A stretch of 64,000 nt of DNA, taken from positions 9,107-73,106 of the forward strand of contig JBKKCM010000059.1 in assembly GCA_046712755.1 (NCBI GenBank). Reading direction: 5' to 3'. The stretch is from Nitrosarchaeum sp. (GTDB lineage: Archaea; Thermoproteota; Nitrososphaeria; Nitrososphaerales; Nitrosopumilaceae). The stretch's first letter is position 1. Every line of letters begins with the position of its first letter. Made by a program: the position numbers and the translations under genes. Below the pieces are notes generated by a model that worked only from the letters and a program-made list of their open reading frames with translations, made no database searches and was not told where the DNA came from. Of this stretch, positions 49,052 to 60,002 are shown piece by piece.

Positions 49052-49596
49052 GCTTTAGAAAAATCAAGATTAGGGTACTGCTTACTTATTTTAGAGTCTA
49101 CCATCAATTTTACTTCATTTAGTACTGATGATGACTCAATGTTGGATTGACTAAAATCAAATCTAGCCTCAGTAAGAATTGCAGAATCTAAGATAATACT
49201 GCCTAAATGTACGGATAACTCAGAAAGGCTTTGACTGCAAGTAGGAAGTAAGTTAAAAAGCTGAGCACTCACCGTTCTGATCATAGGAATTGTCAAAGGT
49301 AAGAGTTTGGTGATACTGTTTATTCCAGAGATGGAATTAATTCTCTTTTGAATTTTAGAGAGAATTTCTAATGAAAATGCAATTGTTCTCTCAAAATCAA
49401 GTGTTTTTACATAAGTATGATCATCATCATCTAGTTCTAAGAAATTGCGGTTTAGTTTTTTTAGTTCAATTTTTTTTTGTTTTAATATATCCACGATATT
49501 GTTTAGTAAATCGTTTGAATATTCAAGTCTTGGAACAATAGTGACGGTTTGAGATACGTTGACACATTCTATTCTGACCAAATTTGAGTTACACAT
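49039..49596 (-). CDS. Divergent ESCRT-III/Snf7-like protein (CdvB paralog)
   Basis: Helical pattern resembling the Snf7 core (LSKIQKRINSI...LLPTCSQSLSEL...VLNEVKLMV...KQYP); position upstream of cdvC. Confidence 0.55.
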   Translation of the reverse strand: MCNSNLVRIECVNVSQTVTIVPRLEYSNDLLNNIVDILKQKKIELKKLNRNFLELDDDDHTYVKTLDFERTIAFSLEILSKIQKRINSISGINSITKLLPLTIPMIRTVSAQLFNLLPTCSQSLSELSVHLGSIILDSAILTEARFDFSQSNIESSSVLNEVKLMVDSKISKQYPNLDFSKACNT

Positions 49597-49758
49597 AATG
49601 CCAATTTATCAGCAGAGATTTGATATTTCAGGACAGTGTCACAATTTTATCAGTAACTGCAGTAACACCTCACCAGAGTGACAATTTTAAATTTTTTTGA
49701 GTATTTGTATAAAGGAATTTAGCTCTCAGTGTTACCTAATCATGTGTGAATTAGAATC

Positions 49759-50919
49759 ATGGTAAACGAGTATGCACTAACTGTTAGTCTTGAAGAATTT
49801 GGCTTGAGCAAATATGAGGCTCAGGCATATGTAGCCCTTATATCAAAAGGAACAATATCTGCAGGTGAACTTGCATATTATTCAGATCTTCCAAGAACCA
49901 AAATATATCCCACATTATTAAAGCTGGAAAACAAGAAATTGGCAATAATTTCAAAAAGCAAGCCAATCATGTGCACGGCAATTGCACCTGAAGATGCCTT
50001 TGACTCAGTTATTCATGAACAAATTAACAAAGTAAATGCAATGAACACCTTGGTTTCAAATCTAAAAAAAGCAAGTGAAGAGAGCAGAAAGTCCAGAGGT
50101 TCAGAAGAAAAAAGGTATTTTCATGTTAGTGCAAATAATGTTCTAGAACAGCTAAGAACAATGATTGAATGTTCAAAATCTTCAATCAATATTATGGCAG
50201 ATCAATGGGGGTTGGGGTTATTAGAAGAATGTAAAGAGCAGTTACTATCAGTACTTCGTAGGAATTTAGAAGTTAAATTATTGTTACCATCAACACAAAT
50301 TTGTTCAGAATCATACAGAGCAATTCCAAATGAGGTAAAAATCAGAATCTCAGACATAATACAAAATTGTTTTGTTTTTGATGAAACAGAAGTATTGATG
50401 ATAAACAATGAAAACGGTAAGGGAGCAATATTCTCATCAACAGATGTGTTAGGAGTAAATCAAAATAAGATATTTGCAGACATATGGAGAAATTCAATTA
50501 AAACAGAATCATTTGCAGACATGACAAAAAATGAAGCCCAAGAAGTTTACAAAATTATTCGCATCATTAATGAAAATGGATTAACGCATATTCTAAATTC
50601 AACAATGGTTTCAAAAAAACCTGAGTTGGATATGCTCAAATTACTTGAAAAGAATGGAATTAATTTGAAAAATAAATCACTTGATGAAATAATTGAGATC
50701 ATGGATGCCGTACTACAAATCATGTGTTCTGGTCATGTGAATTTTGACGCTAACACTAAAAACATAACAATAGAATCAAAATTGAATAGCGGCCATTCAT
50801 TACCATGGGTATCCATTTTAGATGGATGTTTACAAAAACAAGGGTACAAAACAAGAACAGTATATCAAAACAATTCAAGTAAAGGCGAAAAAGTCCTCAT
50901 CAAAATAAGTAAAAACTAA
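49759..50919 (+). CDS. TrmB family transcriptional regulator
   Basis: FGLSKYEAQAY...LPRTKIYPTL. Confidence 0.9.
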   Translation: MVNEYALTVSLEEFGLSKYEAQAYVALISKGTISAGELAYYSDLPRTKIYPTLLKLENKKLAIISKSKPIMCTAIAPEDAFDSVIHEQINKVNAMNTLVSNLKKASEESRKSRGSEEKRYFHVSANNVLEQLRTMIECSKSSINIMADQWGLGLLEECKEQLLSVLRRNLEVKLLLPSTQICSESYRAIPNEVKIRISDIIQNCFVFDETEVLMINNENGKGAIFSSTDVLGVNQNKIFADIWRNSIKTESFADMTKNEAQEVYKIIRIINENGLTHILNSTMVSKKPELDMLKLLEKNGINLKNKSLDEIIEIMDAVLQIMCSGHVNFDANTKNITIESKLNSGHSLPWVSILDGCLQKQGYKTRTVYQNNSSKGEKVLIKISKN

Positions 50920-50944
50920 AATCAGATGGCAGATACCCTCAATC

Positions 50945-51400
50945 GTGATTGAAGAAAAAATAAAATTAATTGGAATTAAACTACCCACTCCACCAAATCC
51001 TGCTGGATCTTATATTCCAGTAGTAAAATCAAGTAATTTACTATATGTTTCAGGTCAAATCCCAATGGAAGACGGTAAAGTGGCATTTACTGGAAAAGTT
51101 TCAGATGCAAATATTGAAACGGCACAAAAATCAGCAAGAATTTGTGCAATTAACATACTTGCTCAACTCAAAAAAGAATTAGGAGATTTAGAAAAGATTT
51201 CTAAAATTGTTAGATTGTCTGGGTTTGTAAATTCTGATCCTGAATTTACACAGCAGCCAAAAGTAATCAATGCAGCATCAGATTTGTTTTATGAAATATT
51301 TGGAGAGTGTGGAAAACACTCCAGAATTGCAGTAGGAGTATCAAGTTTGCCGTTAAATTCAATGACAGAAATTGATGCCATAGTAGAAATAAGATTGTGA
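50945..51400 (+). CDS. RidA/YjgF family protein
   Basis: LYVSGQIP, INAASD, HSRIAVGV. Confidence 0.9.
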   Translation: MIEEKIKLIGIKLPTPPNPAGSYIPVVKSSNLLYVSGQIPMEDGKVAFTGKVSDANIETAQKSARICAINILAQLKKELGDLEKISKIVRLSGFVNSDPEFTQQPKVINAASDLFYEIFGECGKHSRIAVGVSSLPLNSMTEIDAIVEIRL

Positions 51401-51420
51401 AATACCAATTTTGAATTTAT

Positions 51421-52476
51421 TTAATTTAATTTTTTATTAAATTCTTTAAGGAATGTTTGAATTTTTGGTTTTGGGATAACAGCCCCACATGCTTTATCAT
51501 GTCCACCACCGGAGCCACCAAGTTCAGTTGCAAGAATATTAACAATTTTACCCAAATGGATTTTACAAGATTTTGATCCTCTGACAGATACAGCATAGAT
51601 ACCATGATCAACTCTTTCTTTGTAGGCAACACCTACATCTTTTCCAGACAATCCTAAAACAAAATTAACTGCACCGCTTGCTCCAGAATCTAGAATTTCC
51701 ATATATCCAATGTTTTTCATAGTCTTCATGCCTTTTTTGACTTTGGCAATCATTAGTGCAAGTTTCTCAACTTGAATTTGTGCAAATTCAAATGTATTTG
51801 GAATTTCGTGTGGGAATTTTGAATCAGCCAATTCTTCTACTAAATACAATAAATAGTCAGGATCTTTTTGATGTCCAACTATATTGTAAGTAAGAACAGT
51901 TGCATTAATCAAAGCAAATTGTCTATCGTAGATTTGTAGTAATTTAGAACCAATTGGTCTATCCTCCATATAATCAGTAATAGCAGCACATGCTGCAATG
52001 AAGGGAGCATGATCAGAAAGTTTTGATTTGAAGGCATTATAGACCTGAACAGTTGTGCATTCGTTGATATCATGAATCATTTTAACTTTAATTTTTTCTA
52101 ATTCTTTGGTAATTTTTGGATCAATATCATGATGATCAATGTATGTTACTAAAACATGATTCTTTTTTAAAATTCTCAAAAGATCAACAAATTCATCTTG
52201 ATTCTTTTTACTAAGACCCAAATCGCAAATATATAATGACTTTAATTTTTCATCTGCACATACTTTCTGTATAGCTTCCATCTGTCCTGGATAATCAACC
52301 AGTATAGAATCACCACCAAACGCCTGTCTGATCAAAGCTGCAGAGCTTACACCGTCAGCATCTTCTTTATGTGAAATACAAACAATTTTAGTTCTTTGTT
52401 GTTGAGGTGTATTTGGTTTTGTTATAGTTTTTTTCTTAACAGTCTTTGTTGTTTTCTTTATTTTAGATGCGACCAT
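51421..52476 (-). CDS. DHH family phosphoesterase
   Basis: DADG, YIDHHD, GGGHDKACG. Confidence 0.9.
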   Translation of the reverse strand: MVASKIKKTTKTVKKKTITKPNTPQQQRTKIVCISHKEDADGVSSAALIRQAFGGDSILVDYPGQMEAIQKVCADEKLKSLYICDLGLSKKNQDEFVDLLRILKKNHVLVTYIDHHDIDPKITKELEKIKVKMIHDINECTTVQVYNAFKSKLSDHAPFIAACAAITDYMEDRPIGSKLLQIYDRQFALINATVLTYNIVGHQKDPDYLLYLVEELADSKFPHEIPNTFEFAQIQVEKLALMIAKVKKGMKTMKNIGYMEILDSGASGAVNFVLGLSGKDVGVAYKERVDHGIYAVSVRGSKSCKIHLGKIVNILATELGGSGGGHDKACGAVIPKPKIQTFLKEFNKKLN

Positions 52477-52520
52477 TATTGTCGATTCACTTGCATACCC
52501 TCATTTAAATCAAGAATGAG

Positions 52521-52718
52521 TTATTGTTTTGATTTCTGAGATTCTTGTTTTGTGCTTTGATTTATCAAAGATGTGGAATTTACAAACGCATCATAAAATG
52601 ACAATCCATTCATCTGAGTTTGAATATCAATTTCTTGAATTTTGCGTAACTTATCTCCAGACGCAGTTAAGACCAGATTATCAAGTTTTTCTAAAAGTTG
52701 TCGTTCAGCTGGAGTCAT
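52521..52718 (-). CDS. Hypothetical protein
   Basis: 65-aa ORF. Confidence 0.5.
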   Translation of the reverse strand: MTPAERQLLEKLDNLVLTASGDKLRKIQEIDIQTQMNGLSFYDAFVNSTSLINQSTKQESQKSKQ

Positions 52719-52831
52719 TTAATTTTTAAGTAAAAATAATCATTTATGAGCCAGAGTTGACATATTAGACTAATTACTAAACTTCACAGACATGATTTCT
52801 TGCGAAAATATAATAAAAGATTTCTCAAAGG

Positions 52832-54001
52832 ATGTGCGTGGAGACAAAAAACACAGGTTTGCGTGGGATTCAGGTTGCAGATACAAGAATCTCAAATATT
52901 GATGGAGAAAAAGGCAAGCTGATTTATCGTGGTTATGACATCTTAGAACTTACAAAAAAATCAAACTATGAAGAAACAGCATATTTGTTATTACATGATG
53001 AATTACCAACCAAAGAACAACTATCAGAGTTCAAATCCAAACTAAATGAGGCAAGATGGATTCCAAAAAGAATGCAAATCAACATGGGAAATTGGAGAAA
53101 AGATGCAGATCCAATGGACATGCTACAAGCATTTGTTGCAGCACTAGCAGGATATTATGATGAAGAATTTGCAACCAAAGAAGCAAGCTATGATAAAGCA
53201 ATTAACCTAATCGCCAAAGTACCTACAATAATTGCAAGTTGGCAAAGAGTCAGAGATGGGTTAGAAATAGTAGATCCTGACCCAAATTTAGATCATGCGG
53301 CAAATTTTCTCTACATGATGTTTGGAGAAAAACCAGATAAAGAAATTGAAAAGATTTTTGATACATGTTTAATTCTTCATGCCGAACACACATTTAACGC
53401 ATCTACATTTGTTGCAAGACAAGTTGCATCAACTAGAGCACATATGTATTCAGCAACAAGTGCAGCAATTGGTGCATTAAGTGGAGAACTACATGGGGGA
53501 GCAAACACAGAGGTAATGAAGATGCTTTTAGACATAGGTACGATAGACAATGTTGTTCCATGGATTAAGGAAAAAATGAGCAAGGGTGAGAGAATCATGG
53601 GAATGGGTCATGCGGTGTATAAAACATATGATCCTAGAGCACAAGTTTTAAAAGAATTATCAAGAAAACTTGCCGCAAAAACAGGTGAACCATGGTATGA
53701 TATTACAGAAAAGGTAGAAACAACTACAATTGCAGAAATAAAAATGCAAAAAGGAAAAGAGATCTATCCAAATGTCGATTTGTACAGTGCTTCAATTTAC
53801 TATATGCTAAAAATTCCAATGGATCTTAATACACCAATTTTTGCAATATCAAGGGTTGCCGGATGGGCAGCACACATAATTGAAGAAAAATTTGCAGAAG
53901 CAGCACCAAAGCCTGCATTGTACAGACCAGAAGCAGTCTATGTTGGAAAATATTGTGGACCAGAAGGTTGTGAATACAAAGGTCTAGACTTGAGAAAATA
54001 A
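52832..54001 (+). CDS. gltA: Citrate synthase
   Basis: GKLIYRGY, HAEH, LHGGAN, GMGHAVYK, NVD. Confidence 0.95.
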   Translation: MCVETKNTGLRGIQVADTRISNIDGEKGKLIYRGYDILELTKKSNYEETAYLLLHDELPTKEQLSEFKSKLNEARWIPKRMQINMGNWRKDADPMDMLQAFVAALAGYYDEEFATKEASYDKAINLIAKVPTIIASWQRVRDGLEIVDPDPNLDHAANFLYMMFGEKPDKEIEKIFDTCLILHAEHTFNASTFVARQVASTRAHMYSATSAAIGALSGELHGGANTEVMKMLLDIGTIDNVVPWIKEKMSKGERIMGMGHAVYKTYDPRAQVLKELSRKLAAKTGEPWYDITEKVETTTIAEIKMQKGKEIYPNVDLYSASIYYMLKIPMDLNTPIFAISRVAGWAAHIIEEKFAEAAPKPALYRPEAVYVGKYCGPEGCEYKGLDLRK

Positions 54002-54004
54002 TTT

Positions 54005-54265
54005 TTAATTTCTTGTGTTAAGCCACTCTTTAGCTTTAGAGTTTACGTCATGTTTGTACAATACTTCAAAAACCATATCATAAAATGTGATACCTTTTTT
54101 TTGTGCCTGATCATCTAGCCAACGAATTCCATCAGCCAATTCAGGATCATATTCTGAAAATTCTACGAGTTCATCGACCATTTTTGAAAAGAATGTTTGT
54201 GACTCTAGCATATGTTGCTCTTTTAATCTTTGATCATAAGGGCGGGATTCAAAATATATAGACAA
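54005..54265 (-). CDS. Conserved hypothetical protein
   Basis: 86-aa ORF. Confidence 0.6.
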   Translation of the reverse strand: MSIYFESRPYDQRLKEQHMLESQTFFSKMVDELVEFSEYDPELADGIRWLDDQAQKKGITFYDMVFEVLYKHDVNSKAKEWLNTRN

Positions 54266-54287
54266 AAAACCGCTTTTTGGTTGACAA

Positions 54288-54668
54288 TTGGAGCATGTTT
54301 TATTTTTTGATGGAAATACAAAGAGAATATCTTGGGTAATTCAAACAAACAGTTCAGTTATAGAGCAAAAAAGAGAACATGTCGATATTTACTTAGATAA
54401 AGTAACGAATCAACAATCAAAATACATCGGATTACATGTTGGGTTGTTTTGGTGTATTGGCACATTTATCATAAAAAACCAAGATATTGTAAAAGTAGCA
54501 ATAGATGATAATTCAATGTTTAAGCATCTATCAACAAACCAAAAAAGCCATGACGAATTTATTGAAAAAAGAACTTGTTTTATCAAACAGTTAATTGAAC
54601 AAAGAAAATTAAAAGTTCATTATGAATTGATAACAGCAGACAAAAACTTGGCTACTAAAAAAATATAA
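54288..54668 (+). CDS. RNase HI-like fold protein (degenerate)
   Basis: FFDG, TNQQSKYIGL, NLA; pattern of the RNase HI family. Confidence 0.55.
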   Translation: MEHVLFFDGNTKRISWVIQTNSSVIEQKREHVDIYLDKVTNQQSKYIGLHVGLFWCIGTFIIKNQDIVKVAIDDNSMFKHLSTNQKSHDEFIEKRTCFIKQLIEQRKLKVHYELITADKNLATKKI

Positions 54669-55005
54669 TGCAAAGGTGCTTAAGACCAAAAACAAGAGTT
54701 ACTTGGTGACAGCCCCGATGCATTTTGTAATTGTACTAGAAAAATGAATCATAAAAGAAAGAGTTGTTCAACATGATTGACCATAGTTCAAATCAATTAA
54801 AGCGATCATGTGAGATTTTCAACAGTTTTTTTAGATTTGTGTAAATTTTTGAAGAAAATCAGAAATTACACATATAGCCAAATTTCAAATTGAGATGCAG
54901 AGATTCAGATAGGACATAATTTTCTAAATTTTCCAATTATTTTAAATTGTGAACGTAATAGTAAAGATTAGATTTATTTAGCTTGAGGAAATCTTTGGAT
55001 TAATT

Positions 55006-55578
55006 ATGACAAGTATAGATAAAGCAGCAATTGCATTTTCTATTGCAATCGTAGCTGTTGGCGTAGGATTTGCAGCTTATGCTGGTAGCGTTCAAGAGAA
55101 TGCTCCAGCTGTTTCTGCTCCAGTAATGACAAAAACAGTGGAGTCAAAAACACAAGCAGACCCATTTGCAGACATAGCAGATAAGGTAAGGCAAGACGCA
55201 GAATCTACAACACAAGAAATGAAAGAAGGGGTAATGGTTGAAGAATCAACTGCACCAGTTGAAGAATCATCTAAACCAAAAACAGTTAGTGTGAAAATTC
55301 CAAAAGGAACTGCATCTCCAGGCTGTGAAACATCTAATGCATGTTTTTCACCAGCATCACTTACAATCAATGTAGGTGATACTGTAGAATGGATAAATGT
55401 AGACACAGCTGCACACACAGTAACAGGTGGCAGTCCAGCTAATGGCCCATCCGGTGTATTTGATAGTAGTTTAGTCATGGGAGGCGCATCATTTGAAAAC
55501 ACATTTGATGAAGCAGGAAGCTATGATTACTTCTGCATGGTACATCCATGGATGGTTGGAGACATTCAAGTGAACTAA
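55006..55578 (+). CDS. Membrane-anchored blue copper (cupredoxin) protein
   Basis: HTVT...YFCMVHPWM type-1 Cu ligands. Confidence 0.93.
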   Translation: MTSIDKAAIAFSIAIVAVGVGFAAYAGSVQENAPAVSAPVMTKTVESKTQADPFADIADKVRQDAESTTQEMKEGVMVEESTAPVEESSKPKTVSVKIPKGTASPGCETSNACFSPASLTINVGDTVEWINVDTAAHTVTGGSPANGPSGVFDSSLVMGGASFENTFDEAGSYDYFCMVHPWMVGDIQVN

Positions 55579-55599
55579 CTAAAATTTTTCTCTTTTTTA

Positions 55600-57186
55600 T
55601 TATTTTATTTGATTTTTACGTATTGTTCTATTGTATGTCACCCCAAATTTATGAGTCTCATCTCTAGCATATTGTAAAATTTTCAATGAAGATCTATCTT
55701 TTGAAATTACAATGGAATTTTTTTGGTTAGGAACAAATATCTCCTCATTTTCTTTAGCAAGTGAAATACAATCAAGATGCAATCCAAGTGATTGTAATGA
55801 TTTTAGTGCAGCGTTCAGCTGCCCTTTTCCACCATCAATCAATATCAAATCAGGTAACTGGGAATTTTCTTCCAATAATCTAAGATATCTTCGTTTGATG
55901 ATCTCGCTGATCATTGCAAAGTCATCTCTACCAGAAACTGTTTTAATTTTGAATTTTCGATATCCAGATTTGTTTGGTTTACCATCTACAAATCTAGACA
56001 TCGACCCAACTGCAAAATCATCCCCATGGTTAGAAATATCAAAACATTCAATGATGTTAGGAATTGCAGAGAGATGGAATATCTCTTTTAGTTCTATCAA
56101 ACCAAGGTTACCGCCCTTGGAATGAATCAATGAGATATTCTTCAAAATCAAATTAATTATATCCATTCTTTTACCACGTTGTGGACAAATAATTTCAACT
56201 GAGAAGCCTGCCTGTTCAGAAAGTAGGGATTCTAAAAGTATTTTATTTTCAGGAAGTTCACTAACAAAGATAAATTTTGGGATTTTGTGGCTAGTGTAAT
56301 ACTGAAAAAGAAAATTTGAAAAATTATTATCCCCAACAAGATCAAAAAAGAATTTGTCGCTGTCCCGCATTACACCATTAATCATTCTGAAATTCATTAC
56401 AGTTACAGTTTGATCTTTATCCTTAATTCCAAAGTATTCCTCATCAGAATTTTTAATATATTCCATTTTTTGTTTTGTTTGAAGACTACCCAATCGAATC
56501 AAAGTATCACGAATATCCTTTGCACGTTCAAATTGTTGTGATTCTGCAGCTTGTGCCATTTCTTCTTTTAATTTTTTTGTAAAAATTTGGGTCTGATTTT
56601 TTCCTTTTAGTACTTCTTCTAAGGCAGATACATGTTGCACGTATTTGTCTTGAGCATCTTTGAATTCGCATGGACCTTCACAGTTCCCCAAATGGTATTC
56701 CAGGCATACTTTTTTTGGTAATTGTTTACAGATTCTAATTTGAAATGCTTTTCGTAGAGTTCCGATTGTAAGTAGCTTTGAGCTACCTTGCATAAATGGG
56801 CCAAAAATTTTTCCGCCACCTAGAAACTTTCCATCGTGTGTTCGTCTTGCAACAAGTAGTCTAGGATATTTCTCGTTTGATATTCTAAGATAGGTATAAC
56901 GTTGTTGATCTTTTAATTCTATGTTAAATTTTGGCCTATGTTTTTTTATCATATTGGATTCTAAAAGAAATGCTTCGCTTTCATTATCAGTTAAAACAAA
57001 TTCAATATCAGAAATGTGTTCTACAAGCTTTTGTGTTTTGTAATTTTGGTTTTTTAAAAAATATGACCTTACTCTATTTTTTAGATTCTTTGCCTTACCA
57101 ATATAGATAATTTTTTTATCAGAATCCTTCATCAAATAGATACCAGGATTTGATGGGATGTTGGTTTTCGAGATATCAAAAGTCAT
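55600..57186 (-). CDS. uvrC: Excinuclease ABC subunit C
   Basis: GIY-YIG (GIYLM...YIGKA), CFDISN, LIDGG; ends without the HhH tail. Confidence 0.93.
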   Translation of the reverse strand: MTFDISKTNIPSNPGIYLMKDSDKKIIYIGKAKNLKNRVRSYFLKNQNYKTQKLVEHISDIEFVLTDNESEAFLLESNMIKKHRPKFNIELKDQQRYTYLRISNEKYPRLLVARRTHDGKFLGGGKIFGPFMQGSSKLLTIGTLRKAFQIRICKQLPKKVCLEYHLGNCEGPCEFKDAQDKYVQHVSALEEVLKGKNQTQIFTKKLKEEMAQAAESQQFERAKDIRDTLIRLGSLQTKQKMEYIKNSDEEYFGIKDKDQTVTVMNFRMINGVMRDSDKFFFDLVGDNNFSNFLFQYYTSHKIPKFIFVSELPENKILLESLLSEQAGFSVEIICPQRGKRMDIINLILKNISLIHSKGGNLGLIELKEIFHLSAIPNIIECFDISNHGDDFAVGSMSRFVDGKPNKSGYRKFKIKTVSGRDDFAMISEIIKRRYLRLLEENSQLPDLILIDGGKGQLNAALKSLQSLGLHLDCISLAKENEEIFVPNQKNSIVISKDRSSLKILQYARDETHKFGVTYNRTIRKNQIK

Positions 57187-60002
57187 TGTTTTAGTAATTT
57201 TTTGAGATATTTTCCAGTATAGCTTCCAGGTGCTTTGGCAACTTGATCAGGTGTGCCTACAGCAACTATTTTGCCACCCTCATCACCGCCCTCAGGTCCC
57301 AAATCAATTAACCAATCAGAGTTTTTGATTACATCCATGTTGTGCTCAATTACCAATACGGTATTTCCTAGATTCACCAGTCTGTTTAGCACATCAAGAA
57401 GTTTTTGAACATCTGCAAAATGCAACCCCGTAGTAGGTTCATCAAGAATGTAAAAGGTTTTTCCTGTTCCTCTTTTGGATAATTCAGATGCAAGTTTTAC
57501 TCTTTGTGCTTCTCCACCAGACAAAGTAGTAGATGATTGCCCTAGCTTGATGTATCCCAATCCAACATCAAAAACGGTTTGTAATTTTCTTCTAATTGAA
57601 GGGATGTTTTCAAAAAATTGTAGTGCCTCATAAACAGTCATATCCAATACATCTGAAATATTTTTTCCTTTATATAAAACTGAAAGAGTTTCAGAGTTGT
57701 ATCGTTTTCCTTTGCATTCATCACACTTTACATAAACATCAGATAAAAATTGCATCTCAATTTGTTTTACACCGTCACCTTCACAAGCAAAACATCTTCC
57801 ATTAGCTACATTAAAGGAAAATTGTCCTAGGGAATAGCCTCTTTCTTTTGATAATTCTGTGTTTGCATATAATTCTCGTATAGGAGTAAATGCGCCAATG
57901 TATGTTGTAGGATTAGAGCGTGGGGTTCGTCCAATTGGCGATTGATCAATTGCAATCACCTTATCAATATTTTCAAGACCTAAAATTTCACTGTGACTTC
58001 CAGATTTCACATTAGACTTGTAAAAATGATTTTCAAGAGATTTTAATAAAATACCATTTATCAAAGTAGATTTTCCAGAACCAGACACACCCGTTACAGA
58101 GACAAAAAGACCTAATGGAATTTCCACATCAATGTTTTTTAGATTATTTTCAGACGCTCCTTTGATAATTAAGGAACCAGAGCGATTACGTATCTTCTCG
58201 TCAAGTTTTATCAATGAATTATTTTTCAAATAATTTCCAGTCACAGATTTATGGCCATTAAGAATTTGGTTGACGGTTCCTTCAAAGACTATATTTCCTC
58301 CATGTACTCCTGCACCCGGACCCAAATCCACAATCCAGTCTGAATTTCGTATAACTTCTTCGTCATGCTCCACTACAATTACTGTATTTCCAAGATCTCG
58401 CAGCTTTGTTAGCGTTTTAATGAGACGCTCATTATCACGTTGATGTAAGCCAATTGTAGGCTCATCAAGAACATACAAAACCCCAGTAAGATTAGAGCCA
58501 ATCTGAGTTGCTAATCTAATTCTTTGAGATTCACCGCCAGATAAAGTAGAGCTTAATCTATTCAGAGTAAGATAGTTTAATCCCACATTCATTAAAAATT
58601 CTAATCTTGCTTTAATTTCTTTAAGGACGTCTCGTGCAATGTATTGTTCATTTTCAGTTAACTTTAAGGTGGAAAAAAAATCATAGCAATGATCAATTGA
58701 CAAATCACAAACATCCATAATTCCCTTATCGTTAACTTTGACTGCCAATGATTCTGGTTTTAATTTCTTTCCATTACATACAGTACATGGGGTATCTCGC
58801 ATGAATTGTTTTAGCCATTCACGTTTTGATTCGGAATCAGTTTCCATAAAAGAGCGTTGAAGGTTAACTAACACTCCTTCAAATGCATTAGTATATTGCC
58901 AAGATGAATCACCAGATTTAGAACGATATTTAAAATCAATCAAGTCATCAGACCCATGTAAAATAATTCGAAGATGTTTGGGTAATATTTTTTCAATAGG
59001 TGTCATCAAATCAAAACCAAACTTTTTCCCAACAGCCCTTAATGCTTGTTTTCTAAATGCAGAAAATCTTCCACTCCATGGAACAATCGCACCATCTAAA
59101 ATTGATTTACTCTTATCAGGAATTACAAGTTCTGCATCAAATTCCATCTTTACACCCAATCCATTACATGCCTTACACATTCCAAATGGAGAATTAAATG
59201 AGAAAGTCCTAGGCTCTAGCTCACCAATTGTCAATCCACAGTAAGGGCATGCATTGTTTTGTGAAAAAATTTTTTCTAATTTTTCAGACGAAATCATGAC
59301 GTCTCCTTTTGATGCCTTGATTGCAGTTTGTATTGCCTCAAATAATCGAGATCTTTCAGATTTTTCTGTCTGTATTCTATCTACTACAATCTCAATATTG
59401 TGCCATTTCTGTCTGTCAAGTGTCGGAAACTGTTCATCTAGGCTCAAAATCTCCCCATTTAGGCGTATTCTAGAGTATCCATCTTTTTTTATCTGTTCAA
59501 ATAATTTCTCGTATGTTCCTTTTTTTCTCTGAATAATTGGAGATAAAATTAGGATTTTTTGGCCAGCAAAGTCCTTGAGAATAGAATCACAAATAGTTTC
59601 AACTGATTGAGTAGATATTTTTCTAGCACAATTTGTACAGTAAGGAATTCCGATTCTTGCATAAAGTAATCTCATGTAATCATAGATTTCAGTAGTTGTT
59701 CCAACAGTAGAACGGGGATTTTTATTTGTAGTTTTTTGTTGAATAGATATTGCAGGAGAAAGTCCTTCTATAGAGTCAACGTCAGGTTTGTCCATTAATT
59801 CAAGGAACTGTCTTGCATAAGCAGAAAGTGATTCCACGTAACGTCTCTGTCCTTCAGCATAAATTGTATCAAAAGCTAAAGTGGATTTTCCAGAGCCGGA
59901 TAGTCCACTAATCACAACTAGTTTATTTTTTGGAATATCAACATCAATATTTTTTAGATTGTGATGTCGGGCACCACGAATTTTTAATTTATTTTCTGCC
60001 AT
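57183..60002 (-). CDS. uvrA: Excinuclease ABC subunit A
   Basis: Two ABC domains ([21 protein letters not shown]). Confidence 0.97.
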   Translation of the reverse strand: MAENKLKIRGARHHNLKNIDVDIPKNKLVVISGLSGSGKSTLAFDTIYAEGQRRYVESLSAYARQFLELMDKPDVDSIEGLSPAISIQQKTTNKNPRSTVGTTTEIYDYMRLLYARIGIPYCTNCARKISTQSVETICDSILKDFAGQKILILSPIIQRKKGTYEKLFEQIKKDGYSRIRLNGEILSLDEQFPTLDRQKWHNIEIVVDRIQTEKSERSRLFEAIQTAIKASKGDVMISSEKLEKIFSQNNACPYCGLTIGELEPRTFSFNSPFGMCKACNGLGVKMEFDAELVIPDKSKSILDGAIVPWSGRFSAFRKQALRAVGKKFGFDLMTPIEKILPKHLRIILHGSDDLIDFKYRSKSGDSSWQYTNAFEGVLVNLQRSFMETDSESKREWLKQFMRDTPCTVCNGKKLKPESLAVKVNDKGIMDVCDLSIDHCYDFFSTLKLTENEQYIARDVLKEIKARLEFLMNVGLNYLTLNRLSSTLSGGESQRIRLATQIGSNLTGVLYVLDEPTIGLHQRDNERLIKTLTKLRDLGNTVIVVEHDEEVIRNSDWIVDLGPGAGVHGGNIVFEGTVNQILNGHKSVTGNYLKNNSLIKLDEKIRNRSGSLIIKGASENNLKNIDVEIPLGLFVSVTGVSGSGKSTLINGILLKSLENHFYKSNVKSGSHSEILGLENIDKVIAIDQSPIGRTPRSNPTTYIGAFTPIRELYANTELSKERGYSLGQFSFNVANGRCFACEGDGVKQIEMQFLSDVYVKCDECKGKRYNSETLSVLYKGKNISDVLDMTVYEALQFFENIPSIRRKLQTVFDVGLGYIKLGQSSTTLSGGEAQRVKLASELSKRGTGKTFYILDEPTTGLHFADVQKLLDVLNRLVNLGNTVLVIEHNMDVIKNSDWLIDLGPEGGDEGGKIVAVGTPDQVAKAPGSYTGKYLKKLLKQ

